Assembly: GCF_036321535.1 (NCBI RefSeq)
Contig: NC_087436.1
Coordinates: 1,798,001-1,862,000, forward strand
Reading direction: 5' to 3'
Source: Camelus dromedarius
Lineage: Eukaryota
Length of the DNA: 64,000 nucleotides
Part shown: piece by piece, positions 11,301 to 26,000 of the stretch
Numbering within the stretch: the first letter of the stretch is position 1
How the letters are laid out: the number at the start of each line of letters is the position of its first letter
The notes under the pieces: model-generated
The model's database searches: none
Seen by the model: only the letters and a program-made list of their open reading frames with translations
Told to the model about the DNA's origin: nothing
Made by a program: the position numbers and the translations under genes

Positions 11301-14300
11301 TCTCAGAACTGAGCATGTGAAGAGTGTTCGTTCATCTAGCACAAAGGGAACGGGTTCCAGGAGAAACTTTTACTCTGGATTCTCAGTCTGTTTCCTAGTG
11401 CCGGTTTGAAGTTCCTGCAGTTTTCACTGTAAAACCGAGTTGGAGCTTGTACCTCCCCATATATATGTATGGAGTGGAGTTTGCAAGTGAAAAGAAACTT
11501 TGTGTTTCCAACAAGCTAGATGAAGGACGGGTTTCACACACAATTATCTCTCAGAACTGAGCATGTGGAGAGACTTTCGTTCATCTAGCACAAAGGGAAC
11601 AGGTTGCAGGAGAAACTTTTACTGTGGATTCACAGTTTGTTACCTAGTGCCGGTTTGAAGTACCTGCAGTTTTCAGTGTAAAACCGAGTTGGAGCTCGTA
11701 CCACCCCATATATATGTATGGATTGGAGTTTGCAAGTGAAAAGAAAGTTTGTGTTCCCAACAAGCTATGAGAAGTACGGCTTTCACACACACTTATCTCT
11801 CAGAACTGAGCATGTGGAGAGACGTTCGTTCATCTAGCACAAAGGGGACGGGTTGTAGGAGAAACTTTTACTCTGGTTTCTCAGTCTGTTTCCTAGTGCC
11901 GGTTTAAAGTTCCTGCAGTTTTCTCTGTAAAACCGAGTTGGAGCTAGTACCTCCCCATATATATGTATGGAGTGGAGTTTGCAACAGAAAAGAAACTGTG
12001 TTCCCAAGAAGCTATGTGAAAGACGGCTTTCACACCCAATTATCTCTTGGAACTGAGCATGTGAAGTGTGTTCGTTCATCTAGCACAAAGGGAACGGGTT
12101 TCAGGAGAAACTTTTACTCTGGTTTCTCAGTCTTTTTCCTAGTGCCGGTTTGAAGTTCCTGCAGTTTTCACTGTAAAACCGAGTTGGAGCTTGTACCTCC
12201 CCATATATATTTATGGAGTGGAGTTTGCAACTGAAAAGAATCTTTGTGTTCCCAACAAGCTAGGTGAAGGACGGCTTTCACACACACTTATTTCTCAGAA
12301 CTGAGCATGTGGAGAGACGTTCGTTCATCAAGCACAAAGGGAACGGGTTGCAGGAGAAACTTTTACTCTGGTTTCTCAGTCTGTTTCCTAGTGCCGGTTT
12401 GAAGTTCCTGCAGTTTTCACTGTGAAACCAATTTTCAGCTTGTACCTCCCCATATATATGTATGGAGTGGGGTTTGCAACTGAAAAGAAACTTTGTGTTC
12501 CCAACAAGCTAGTTGAAGGACGGCTTTCACACACACTAATCTCTCAGAACTGAGCATGTGAAGAGTGTTCGTTCATCTAGAACACAGGGAACGGGTTTCA
12601 GGAGAAACTTTTACTCTGGTTTCTCAGTCTGCTTCCTAGTGCCGGTTTAAAGCTCCTGCAGTTTTCTCTGTAAAACCGAGTTGGTGCTAGTACCTCCCCA
12701 AATATATGTATGGAGTGGTGTTTGCAACAGAAAAGAAACTGTGTTCCCAAGAAGGTAGGTGAAGGATGGCTTTCACACACAATTATCTCTCAGAACTGAG
12801 CATGTGAAGAGTGTTCGTTCATCTAGCACAAAGGGAACGGGTTCCAGGAGAAACTTTTACTCTGGATTCTCAGTCTGTTTCCTAGTGCCGGTTTGAAGTT
12901 CCTGCAGTTTTCACTGTAAAACCGAGTTGGAGCTTGTACCTCCCCATATATATGTATGGAGTGGAGTTTGCAAGTGAAAAGAAACTTTGTGTTTCCAACA
13001 AGCTAGATGAAGGACGGGTTTCACACACAATTATCTCTCAGAACTGAGCATGTGGAGAGACTTTCGTTCATCTAGCACAAAGGGAACAGGTTGCAGGAGA
13101 AACTTTTACTGTGGATTCACAGTTTGTTACCTAGTGCCGGTTTGAAGTACCTGCAGTTTTCAGTGTAAAACCGAGTTGGAGCTCGTACCACCCCATATAT
13201 ATGTATGGATTGGAGTTTGCAAGTGAAAAGAAAGTTTGTGTTCCCAACAAGCTATGAGAAGTACGGCTTTCACACACACTTATCTCTCAGAACTGAGTAT
13301 GTGGAGAGACTTTCGTTCATCTAGCACAAAGGGAATGGGTTGCAGGGAAAATTTTACTCTGGTTTCTCAGTCTGTTTCCTAGTGCCGGTTTGAAGTTCCA
13401 GCAGTTTTCACTGTAAAAAAGAGTTGGAGCTCGTACATCCCCATATATATGTATGGAGTGGAGTTTGCAAATGAAAGAAGCTTTGTGTTCCCAACAAGCT
13501 ATGTGAACGCCGGCTTTCACACACACTTATCCCTCAGAACTGAGCATGTGGAGAGACGTTCGTTCATCTAGCACAAAGGGGACGGGTTGTAGGAGAAACT
13601 TTTACTCTGGTTTCTCAGTCTGTTTCCTAGTGCCGGTTTAAAGTTCCTGCAGTTTTCTCTGTAAAACCGAGTTGGAGCTAGTACCTCCCCATATATATGT
13701 ATGGAGTGGAGTTTGCAACAGAAAAGAAACTGTGTTCCCAAGAAGCTATGTGAAAGACGGCTTTCACACCCAATTATCTCTTGGAACTGAGCATGTGAAG
13801 TGTGTTCGTTCATCTAGCACAAAGGGAACGGGTTTCAGGAGAAACTTTTACTCTGGTTTCTCAGTCTTTTTCCTAGTGCCGGTTTGAAGTTCCTGCAGTT
13901 TTCACTGTAAAACCGAGTTGGAGCTTGTACCTCCCCATATATATTTATGGAGTGGAGTTTGCAACTGAAAAGAATCTTTGTGTTCCCAACAAGCTAGGTG
14001 AAGGACGGCTTTCACACACACTTATTTCTCAGAACTGAGCATGTGGAGAGACGTTCGTTCATCAAGCACAAAGGGAACGGGTTGCAGATGAAAATTTTAC
14101 TCTGGATTCTCAGTCTGTTTCCTAGTGCCGGTTTGAAGTTCCTGATGTTTTCACTGTAAAACCGAGTTGGGGCTAGTACCTACCCATATATATGTATGGA
14201 GTGGAGTTTGCATCTGAAAAGAAACTTTGTGTTCCCCACAAGCTAGGTGAAGGACGGCTTTCACACACACTTATCTCCCAGAACTGAACATGTGAAGAGT

Positions 14301-17040
14301 GTTCGTTCATCTAGCACAAAGGGAACGGGATGCAGGAGAAAGTTTTACTCTGGTTTCTCAGTCTGTTTCCTAGTGATGGTTTGAAGTTCCTGCAGTTTTC
14401 ACTGTAAAACCGTTGGAGCTAGTACCTCCCCGTATATATGTATGGCGTGGAGTTTGCAACTGAAAAGAAACTTTGTGTTCCCAAAATGCTAGGTGAATGA
14501 CGGCTTTCACACACATATATCTCTCAAAATTGAGCATGTGGAGAGACGTTCGTTCACCTAGGAAAAGGGGAACGAGTTGCATGAGTAACTTTTACTCTGG
14601 TTTCTCAGTCTGTTTCCTAGTGCCGGTTTAAAGTTCCTGCAGTTTTCTCTGTAAACCCGAGTTGGAGCTAGTACCTCCCTATATATATGTATGGAGTGGT
14701 GTTTGCAACAGAAAAGAAACTGTGTTCCCAAGAAGCTAGGTGAAGGACGGCTTTCACACCCAATTATCTCTCAGAACTGAGCATGTGGAGAGACTTTCGT
14801 TCATCTAGCACAAAGGGAACGGGATGCAGGAGAAACTTTTACTCTGGTTTCTCAGTCTGTTTCCTGTTGTCGGTTAGAAGTTCCTGCAGTTTTCACAGTA
14901 AAACCGATTTGGAGCTAGTGCTTCCCCATAAATATATATGGAGTGGAGTTTGCAACTGAAAAGAATCTTTGTGTTCCCAAAATGCTAGGTGAAGGACGGC
15001 TTTCACACACACTTATCTCTCAGATCTGAGCATGTGGAGAGACTTTCGTTCATCACGCACAAAGGGAACGGGTTGCAGGAGAAAGTTTTACTCTGTTTCT
15101 CAGTCTGTTTCCTAGTGCCGGTTTGAAGTTCCTGCAGTTTTCTCTGTAAAACCGTGTTGGAGCTAGTACTTCCCCATATATATGTATGGAGTGGGGATTG
15201 CAACTGAAAAGAAACTGTGTTCCCAAGAAGCTAGGTGAAGGACGGCTTTCACACACAATTATCTCTCAGAACTGAGCATGTGAAGAGTGTTCGTTCATCT
15301 AGCACAAAATGAACGGGATGCAGGAGTAACTTTTACTCTGGTTTCTCAGTCTTTTTCCTAGTGCCGGTTTGAAGTTCCTGCAGTTTTCACTGTAAAACCG
15401 AGTTGGAGCTAGTACCTCCCCATATATATGTATGGAGTGGAGTTTGCAACTGAAAAGAAACTTTGTGTTCCCTAAAAGCTCGGTGAAGGACGGCTTTCAC
15501 ACACACTTATCTCTCAGAAATGAGCATGTGGAGAGACGTTCGTTCATCTAGCACAAAGTGAACGGGTTGCAGGAGAAACTTTTACTCTGGTTTCTCAGTC
15601 TGTTTCCTAGTGCCGGTTTGAAGTTCCTGCAGTTTTCACTGTAAAACAGTTGGAGCTAGTACCTCCCCATATATATGTATGGAGTGGAGTTTGCAACTGA
15701 AAAGAATCTTTGTGTTCCCAACAAGCTAGGTGAAGGACGGCTTTCACACACACTTATTTCTCAGAACTGAGCATGTGGAGAGACGTTCGTTCATCTAGCA
15801 CAAAGGGAACGGGTTGCAGAATAAACTTTTTCTCTGTATTCTCAGTCTGTTTCCTAGTGCCTCTTTGAAGTTCCTGCTGTTTTCACTGTAAAACCGAGTT
15901 GGGGCTAATACCTACCCATATATATGTATGGAGTGGTGTTGGCATCTGAAAAGAAACTTTGTGTTCCCCACAAGGTAGGTGAAGGACGGCTTTCACACAC
16001 ACTTATCTCTCAGAACTGAGCATGTGGAGAGACGTTCGTTCATCTAGCACAAAGGGAAAGGGTTGCAGGGGAAAGTTTTACTCTGGATTCTCAGTCTGTT
16101 TCCTAGTGCCGGTTTGAAGTTCCTGCAGTTTTCACTGTAAAACCGAGTTGGAGCTAGTACTTCCCCATATATATATATATGGGGTGGAGTTTGCCACTGA
16201 AAAGAAACTTTGTGTTCCCAACAAGCTAGGTGAAGCACGGCTTTCACACACACTTTTCTCTCAGAACTGAGCATGTGGAGAGACGTTCGTTCATAAAGCA
16301 CAAAGGGAACGGGTTGCAGGAAAACTTTTACTCTGTATCTCAGTTGTTTCCTAGTGCCGGTTTGAAGTTCCTGCAGTTTTCACTGTAAAACCGATTTGGA
16401 ACTAGTACCTCCCCATATATTTGTATGGAGTGGAGTTTGCAACTGTAAAGAAACTTTGTGTTCCCAACAAGCTATGTGAAGGACGGCTTTCACACACACT
16501 TATCTCTCAGAAATGAGCATGTGGAGAGACGTTCGTTCATCTAGCACAAAGGGAACGGGTTGCAGGCGAAACTTTTACTCTGGTTTCTCAGCCTGTTTCC
16601 TAGTGCCGGTTTGAAGTTCCTGCAGTTTTCACTGTAAAACCGAGTTGGAGCTAGTACCTCCCCATATATATGTATGGAGTGGAGTTTGCACCTGAAAAGA
16701 AACATTGTGTTCCCAACAAGCCAGGTGAAAGGCGGCTTTCACACACAATTATCTCTCAGAACTGAGCATGTGGAGAGTCATTCGTTCATCTAGCACAATG
16801 GGAAAGGTTTGCTGGAGAAACTTTTACTCTGATTCTCCGTCTGTTTCCTAGTGCCGGTTTTAAGTTCCTGCAGTTTTCATTGTAAAACCGAGTTGGGGCT
16901 AGTACCTAACCATATATATATATGGAATGGAATTTGCATCTGAAAAGAAACTTTGTGTTCCCAACAAGCTAGGTGAAGCACGGCTTTCACACACAATTAT
17001 CTCTCAGAACTGAGCATGTGGAGAGACGTTCGTTCATCTA
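2360..17040. repeat. Higher-order tandem duplication of a 30-monomer unit (copy 1 ~2360-9851, copy 2 ~9797-17040; copy 2 lacks one monomer)
   Basis: Shared private variants at offset 7436-7437 (tctatcacaa 2411 vs 9848; ORFs 3675/11111), then offset 7189 (ORFs 5409/12598, 7181/14370, 8855/16044). Confidence 0.88.
3408..6898. repeat. Tandem duplication of a 7-monomer (1734 bp) unit
   Basis: Near-identical ORF pairs 3675/5409, 4394/6128, 4645/6379 and 4749/6483 are all offset 1734. Flanking diagnostic bases are at 3407/5141 and 5165/6899. Confidence 0.92.
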
Positions 17041-20000
17041 GCACAAAGGGAACGGGTTGCAGGAGAAAGTTTTTCTCTGGTTTCTCAGCCTTTTTTTTAG
17101 TGCCGGTTTGAAGTTCCTGCAGTTTTCACTCTAAAACCGATTTGGGGCTAGTACCTCCCCATATATATGTATGGAGTGGAGTTTGCAACTGAAAAGAAAC
17201 TTTGTGTTCCAAACAAGCCAAGTGAAGGACGGCTTTCACACACACTTATCTCTCAGAAATGAGCATGTGGAGAGACGTTCGTTCATCTAGCACAAAGGGA
17301 ACGGGTTGCAGGAGAAACTTTTACTCTGTTTTCTCAGTCTCTTTCCTAATGCTGGTTTGAGGTTCCTGCAGTTTTCACTGTAAAACCGAGATGGAGCTAG
17401 TACTTATGCATATATATGTATGGAGTGGAGTTTGCAACTGAAAAGAAACTTTGTGTTCCCAAAAAGCTAGGTGAAGGACGGCTTTCACACACACTTATCT
17501 CTCAGAACTGAGCATGTGGAGAGACGTTCGTTCACCTAGCAAAAATGGAACGAGTTGCAGGAGTAACTTTTACTCTGGTTTTCAGTCTGTTTCCTACTGC
17601 CATTTTGAATTTCTTGCAGTTTTCACTGTAATACCGAGTTGGAGATAGTACCTCCCCATAAATTTGTGTGGAGTGGAATTTGCAACTGAAAAGAAACTTT
17701 GTGTTCCCAACAAGCTATTTGAAGGACGGCTTTCACACACAATTATCTCTGAGAACTGAGCATGTGGAGTGTCGTTCGTTCATCTAGCACAAAGTGAACG
17801 GGTTTCAGGAGAAACATTTACTCTGGTTTCTCAGTCTGTTTCCTAGTGCCGGTTTGAAGTTCCTGAAGTTTTCACTGTAAAACCGATTTGGAGCTAGTAC
17901 ATCCCCATATATATGTATGGAGTGGAGTTTGCAACTGAAAAGAAACTTTGTGTTCCCAACAAGCTAGGAGAAGGACGGCTTTCAGACACAATTATATCTC
18001 AGAATTGAGCATGTGGAGAGACGTTCGTTCATCTAGCAAAAAGGGAACAGGTTGCAGGAGAAACTTTTACTCTGGTTTCTCAGTCTGTTTCCTAGTGCCG
18101 GTTTGAAGTTCCTGCAGTTTTCACTGTAAAACCGAGTTGGAGCTTGTACCTCCCCATATATATGTATGGAGTGGAGTTTGCAACTGAAAAGAAACTTTGT
18201 GTTCCCAACAAGCTAGGTGAAGGACGGCATTCACACACAATTATCTCTCAGAACTGAGCATGTGGAGAGACGTTCGTGCATCTATCACAAACGGAACGGT
18301 TTGCAGGAGAAAGTTTTTCTCTGTTTCTCAGTCTGTTTCCTAGTGCCGGTTTGAAATTCCTGCAGTGTTCACTGTAAAACCGAGTTGGAGCTAGTACTTC
18401 CCCATATATATGTATGGGGTGGAGTTTGCAACTGAAAAGAAACTTTGTGTTCCCAACAAGCTAGGTGAAGGACGGCTTTCACACACACTTATCTCTCAGA
18501 ACTGAGAATGTGGAGAGACGTTCGTTCATCAAGCACAATGTGAAAGGGTTGCAGGAGAAACATTTACTCTGTATCTCAGTCTGTTTCCTAGTGCCGGTTT
18601 GAAGTTCCTGCAGTTTTCACTGTAAAACCGAGTTGGAGCTTGTACCTCCATATATATATGTATGGAGTGGAGTTTGCAACTGAAAAGAAACTTTGTGTTC
18701 CCAACAAGCTATGTGAAGGACCGCATTCACACACAATTATCTCTCAGAACTGAGCATGTGGAGAGTCATTCGTTCATCTAGCAAAAACGGAACGGTTTAC
18801 AGGGGAAACTTTTACTCTGTTTCTCAGTCTGTTTCCTAGTGCCGGTTTGAAGTTCCTGCAGTTTTCATTGTAAAACCGAGTTGGAGCTAGTACCTCCCCA
18901 TATATATGTATGGAGTGGAGTTTGCATCTGAAAAGGAAATTTGTGTTCCCAAAAAGCTAGGTGAAGGACGGCTTTCACCCACACTTATCTCTCAGAATTG
19001 AGCATGTGGAGAGACGTTCGTTCACCGAGCAAAAAGGGAACGAGTTGCAGGAGAAACTTTTACTCTGGTTTCTCAGTCTGTTTCCTAGTGCCATTTTGAA
19101 GTTCCTGCAGTTTTCACTGTAATACCGAGTTGGAGCTAGTACATCCCCATAAATATGGTTGGAGTGGAATTTGCAACTGAAAAGAAACTTTGTGTTCCCT
19201 AAAAGCTAGGTGAAGGACGGCTATCACACACACTTATCTCTTAGAACTGAGCATGCGGAGAGACGTTCGTTCATCTAGCACAAAGGGAACGGGTTGCAGG
19301 AGAAACTTTTACTCTGGTTTCTCAGTCTGTTTCCTAGTGCCGGTTTGAAGTTCCTGCAGTTTTCACTGTAAAACCAATTTTCAGCTTGTACCTCCCCATA
19401 TATATGTATGGAGTGGGGTTTGCAACTGAAAAGAAACTTTGTGTTCCCAACAAGCTAGGTGAAGGACGGCTTTCACACACACTTATCTCTCAGAACTGAG
19501 CATGTGGAGAGACGTTTGTTCATCTAGCACAAAGGGAACGGGTTTCAGGAGAAACTTTACTCTGGTTTCTCAGTCTGTTTCCTAGTGCCGTTTTGAAGTT
19601 CCGGCAGTTTTCACTGTAAAACAGAGTTGGAGCTTGTACCTCCCCATATATATGTATGGAGTGGAGTTTGCAACTGAAAAGAAACTTTGTGTTCCCAACA
19701 AGCTAGGTGAAGGACGGCTTTCACACACACTTATCTCTCAGAACTGAGCATGTGGAGAGACGTTTGTTCATCTAGCACAAAGGGAACGGGTTTCAGGAGA
19801 AACTTTACTCTGGTTTCTCAGTCTGTTTCCTAGTGCCGTTTTGAAGTTCCTGCAGTTTTCACTGTAAAACCGTTGGAGCTAGTACCTCCCCATATATATA
19901 TGTGGAGTGGAGTTTGCAACTGAAAAGAAACTTTGTGTTCCCAAAAAGCTATGTGAACGCCGGCTTTCACACACACTTATCCCTCAGAACTGAGCATGTG

Positions 20001-23000
20001 GAGAGACGTTCGTTCATCTAGCACAAAGGGGACGGGTTGTAGGAGAAACTTTTACTCTGGTTTCTCAGTCTGTTTCCTAGTGCCGGTTTAAAGTTCCTGC
20101 AGTTTTCTCTGTAAAACCGAGTTGGAGCTAGTACCTCCCCATATATATGTATGGAGTGGAGTTTGCAACAGAAAAGAAACTGTGTTCCCAAGAAGCTATG
20201 TGAAAGACGGCTTTCACACCCAATTATCTCTTGGAACTGAGCATGTGAAGTGTGTTCGTTCATCTAGCACAAAGGGAACGGGTTTCAGGAGAAACTTTTA
20301 CTCTGGTTTCTCAGTCTTTTTCCTAGTGCCGGTTTGAAGTTCCTGCAGTTTTCACTGTAAAACCGAGTTGGAGCTTGTACCTCCCCATATATATTTATGG
20401 AGTGGAGTTTGCAACTGAAAAGAATCTTTGTGTTCCCAACAAGCTAGGTGAAGGACGGCTTTCACACACACTTATTTCTCAGAACTGAGCATGTGGAGAG
20501 ACGTTCGTTCATCAAGCACAAAGGGAACGGGTTGCAGGAGAAACTTTTACTCTGGTTTCTCAGTCTGTTTCCTAGTGCCGGTTTGAAGTTCCTGCAGTTT
20601 TCACTGTGAAACCAATTTTCAGCTTGTACCTCCCCATATATATGTATGGAGTGGGGTTTGCAACTGAAAAGAAACTTTGTGTTCCCAACAAGCTAGTTGA
20701 AGGACGGCTTTCACACACACTAATTTCTCAGAACTGAGCATGTGAAGAGTGTTCGTTCATCTAGAACACAGGGAACGGGTTTCAGGAGAAACTTTTACTC
20801 TGGTTTCTCAGTCTGCTTCCTAGTGCCGGTTTAAAGCTCCTGCAGTTTTCTCTGTAAAACCGAGTTGGTGCTAGTACCTCCCCAAATATATGTATGGAGT
20901 GGTGTTTGCAACAGAAAAGAAACTGTGTTCCCAAGAAGGTAGGTGAAGGATGGCTTTCACACACAATTATCTCTCAGAACTGAGCATGTGAAGAGTGTTC
21001 GTTCATCTAGCACAAAGGGAACGGGTTCCAGGAGAAACTTTTACTCTGGATTCTCAGTCTGTTTCCTAGTGCCGGTTTGAAGTTCCTGCAGTTTTCACTG
21101 TAAAACCGAGTTGGAGCTTGTACCTCCCCATATATATGTATGGAGTGGAGTTTGCAAGTGAAAAGAAACTTTGTGTTTCCAACAAGCTAGATGAAGGACG
21201 GGTTTCACACACAATTATCTCTCAGAACTGAGCATGTGGAGAGACTTTCGTTCATCTAGCACAAAGGGAACAGGTTGCAGGAGAAACTTTTACTGTGGAT
21301 TCACAGTTTGTTACCTAGTGCCGGTTTGAAGTACCTGCAGTTTTCAGTGTAAAATCGAGTTGGAGCTCGTACCACCCCATATATATGTATGGATTGGAGT
21401 TTGCAAGTGAAAAGAAAGTTTGTGTTCCCAACAAGCTATGAGAAGTACGGCTTTCACACACACTTATCTCTCAGAACTGAGTATGTGGAGAGACTTTCGT
21501 TCATCTAGCACAAAGGGAATGGGTTGCAGGGAAAATTTTACTCTGGTTTCTCAGTCTGTTTCCTAGTGCCGGTTTGAAGTTCCAGCAGTTTTCACTGTAA
21601 AAAAGAGTTGGAGCTCGTACATCCCCATATATATGTATGGAGTGGAGTTTGCAAATGAAAGAAGCTTTGTGTTCCCAACAAGCTATGTGAACGCCGGCTT
21701 TCACACACACTTATCCCTCAGAACTGAGCATGTGGAGAGACGTTCGTTCATCTAGCACAAAGGGGACGGGTTGTAGGAGAAACTTTTACTCTGGTTTCTC
21801 AGTCTGTTTCCTAGTGCCGGTTTAAAGTTCCTGCAGTTTTCTCTGTAAAACCGAGTTGGAGCTAGTACCTCCCCATATATATGTATGGAGTGGAGTTTGC
21901 AACAGAAAAGAAACTGTGTTCCCAAGAAGCTATGTGAAAGACGGCTTTCACACCCAATTATCTCTTGGAACTGAGCATGTGAAGTGTGTTCGTTCATCTA
22001 GCACAAAGGGAACAGGTTTCAGGAGAAACTTTTACTCTGGTTTCTCAGTCTTTTTCCTAGTGCCGGTTTGAAGTTCCTGCAGTTTTCACTGTAAAACCGA
22101 GTTGGAGCTTGTACCTCCCCATATATATTTATGGAGTGGAGTTTGCAACTGAAAAGAATCTTTGTGTTCCCAACAAGCTAGGTGAAGGACGGCTTTCACA
22201 CACACTTATTTCTCAGAACTGAGCATGTGGAGAGACGTTCGTTCATCAAGCACAAGGGAACGGGTTGCAGATGAAAATTTTACTCTGGATTCTCAGTCTG
22301 TTTCCTAGTGCCGGTTTGAAGTTCCTGATGTTTTCACTGTAAAACCGAGTTGGGGCTAGTACCTACCCATATATATGTATGGAGTGGAGTTTGCATCTGA
22401 AAAGAAACTTTGTGTTCCCCACAAGCTAGGTGAAGGACGGCTTTCACACACACTTATCTCCCAGAACTGAACATGTGAAGAGTGTTCGTTCATCTAGCAC
22501 AAAGGGAACGGGATGCAGGAGAAAGTTTTACTCTGGTTTCTCAGTCTGTTTCCTAGTGATGGTTTGAAGTTCCTGCAGTTTTCACTGTAAAACCGTTGGA
22601 GCTAGTACCTCCCCGTATATATGTATGGCGTGGAGTTTGCAACTGAAAAGAAACTTTGTGTTCCCAAAATGCTAGGTGAATGACGGCTTTCACACACATA
22701 TATCTCTCAAAATTGAGCATGTGGAGAGACGTTCGTTCACCTAGGAAAAGGGGAACGAGTTGCATGAGTAACTTTTACTCTGGTTTCTCAGTCTGTTTCC
22801 TAGTGCCGGTTTAAAGTTCCTGCAGTTTTCTCTGTAAACCCGAGTTGGAGCTAGTACCTCCCTATATATATGTATGGAGTGGTGTTTGCAACAGAAAAGA
22901 AACTGTGTTCCCAAGAAGCTAGGTGAAGGACGGCTTTCACACCCAATTATCTCTCAGAACTGAGCATGTGGAGAGACTTTCGTTCATCTAGCACAAAGGG

Positions 23001-26000
23001 AACGGGATGCAGGAGAAACTTTTACTCTGGTTTCTCAGTCTGTTTCCTGTTGTCGGTTAGAAGTTCCTGCAGTTTTCACAGTAAAACCGATTTGGAGCTA
23101 GTGCTTCCCCATAAATATATATGGAGTGGAGTTTGCAACTGAAAAGAATCTTTGTGTTCCCAAAATGCTAGGTGAAGGACGGCTTTCACACACACTTATC
23201 TCTCAGATCTGAGCATGTGGAGAGACTTTCGTTCATCACGCACAAAGGGAACGGGTTGCAGGAGAAAGTTTTACTCTGTTTCTCAGTCTGTTTCCTAGTG
23301 CCGGTTTGAAGTTCCTGCAGTTTTCTCTGTAAAACCGTGTTGGAGCTAGTACTTCCCCATATATATGTATGGAGTGGGGATTGCAACTGAAAAGAAACTG
23401 TGTTCCCAAGAAGCTAGGTGAAGGACGGCTTTCACACACAATTATCTCTCAGAACTGAGCATGTGAAGAGTGTTCGTTCATCTAGCACAAAATGAACGGG
23501 ATGCAGGAGTAACTTTTACTCTGGTTTCTCAGTCTTTTTCCTAGTGCCGGTTTGAAGTTCCTGCAGTTTTCACTGTAAAACCGAGTTGGAGCTAGTACCT
23601 CCCCATATATATGTATGGAGTGGAGTTTGCAACTGAAAAGAAACTTTGTGTTCCCAACAAGCTAGGTGAAGGACGGCTTTCACACACACTTATCTCTCAG
23701 AAATGAGCATGTGGAGAGACGTTCGTTCATCTAGCACAAAGTGAACGGGTTGCAGGTGAAACTTTTACTCTGGTTTCTCAGTCTGTTTCCTAGTGCCGGT
23801 TTGAAGTTCCTGCAGTTTTCACTGTAAAACAGTTGGAGCTAGTACCTCCCCATATATATGTATGGAGTGGAGTTTGCAACTGAAAAGAATCTTTGTGTTC
23901 CCAACAAGCTAGGTGAAGGACGGCTTTCACACACACTTATTTCTCAGAACTGAGCATGTGGAGAGACGTTCGTTCATCTAGCACAAAGGGAACGGGTTGC
24001 AGAATAAACTTTTTCTCTGTATTCTCAGTCTGTTTCCTAGTGCCTGTTTGAAGTTCCTGCTGTTTTCACTGTAAAACCGAGTTGGGGCTAATACCTACCC
24101 ATATATATGTATGGAGTGGTGTTGGCATCTGAAAAGAAACTTTGTGTTCCCCACAAGGTAGGTGAAGGACGGCTTTCACACACACTTATCTCTCAGAACT
24201 GAGCATGTGGAGAGACGTTCGTTCATCTAGCACAAAGGGAAAGGGTTGCAGGGGAAAGTTTTACTCTGGATTCTCAGTCTGTTTCCTAGTGCCGGTTTGA
24301 AGTTCCTGCAGTTTTCACTGTAAAACCGAGTTGGAGCTAGTACTTCCCCATATATATATATATGGGGTGGAGTTTGCCACTGAAAAGAAACTTTGTGTTC
24401 CCAACAAGCTAGGTGAAGCACGGCTTTCACACACACTTTTCTCTCAGAACTGAGCATGTGGAGAGACGTTCGTTCATAAAGCACAAAGGGAACGGGTTGC
24501 AGGAAAACTTTTACTCTGTATCTCAGTTGTTTCCTAGTGCCGGTTTGAAGTTCCTGCAGTTTTCACTGTAAAACCGATTTGGAACTAGTACCTCCCCATA
24601 TATTTGTATGGAGTGGAGTTTGCAACTGTAAAGAAACTTTGTGTTCCCAACAAGCTATGTGAAGGACGGCTTTCACACACACTTATCTCTCAGAAATGAG
24701 CATGTGGAGAGACGTTCGTTCATCTAGCACAAAGGGAACGGGTTGCAGGCGAAACTTTTACTCTGGTTTCTCAGCCTGTTTCCTAGTGCCGGTTTGAAGT
24801 TCCTGCAGTTTTCACTGTAAAACCGAGTTGGAGCTAGTACCTCCCCATATATATGTATGGAGTGGAGTTTGCACCTGAAAAGAAACATTGTGTTCCCAAC
24901 AAGCCAGGTGAAAGGCGGCTTTCACACACAATTATCTCTCAGAACTGAGCATGTGGAGAGTCATTCGTTCATCTAGCACAATGGGAAAGGTTTGCTGGAG
25001 AAACTTTTACTCTGATTCTCCGTCTGTTTCCTAGTGCCGGTTTTAAGTTCCTGCAGTTTTCATTGTAAAACCGAGTTGGGGCTAGTACCTAACCATATAT
25101 ATATATGGAATGGAATTTGCATCTGAAAAGAAACTTTGTGTTCCCAACAAGCTAGGTGAAGCACGGCTTTCACACACAATTATCTCTCAGAACTGAGCAT
25201 GTGGAGAGACGTTCGTTCATCTAGCACAAAGGGAACGGGTTGCAGGAGAAAGTTTTTCTCTGGTTTCTCAGCCTTTTTTTTAGTGCCGGTTTGAAGTTCC
25301 TGCAGTTTTCACTCTAAAACCGATTTGGGGCTAGTACCTCCCCATATATATGTATGGAGTGGAGTTTGCAACTGAAAAGAAACTTTGTGTTCCAAACAAG
25401 CCAAGTGAAGGACGGCTTTCACACACACTTATCTCTCAGAAATGAGCATGTGGAGAGACGTTCGTTCATCTAGCACAAAGGGAACGGGTTGCAGGAGAAA
25501 CTTTTACTCTGTTTTCTCAGTCTCTTTCCTAATGCTGGTTTGAGGTTCCTGCAGTTTTCACTGTAAAACCGAGATGGAGCTAGTACTTATGCATATATAT
25601 GTATGGAGTGGAGTTTGCAACTGAAAAGAAACTTTGTGTTCCCAAAAAGCTAGGTGAAGGACGGCTTTCACACACACTTATCTCTCAGAACTGAGCATGT
25701 GGAGAGACGTTCGTTCACCTAGCAAAAATGGAACGAGTTGCAGGAGTAACTTTTACTCTGGTTTTCAGTCTGTTTCCTACTGCCATTTTGAATTTCTTGC
25801 AGTTTTCACTGTAATACCGAGTTGGAGATAGTACCTCCCCATAAATTTGTGTGGAGTGGAATTTGCAACTGAAAAGAAACTTTGTGTTCCCAACAAGCTA
25901 TTTGAAGGACGGCTTTCACACACAATTATCTCTGAGAACTGAGCATGTGGAGTGTCGTTCGTTCATCTAGCACAAAGTGAACGGGTTTCAGGAGAAACAT

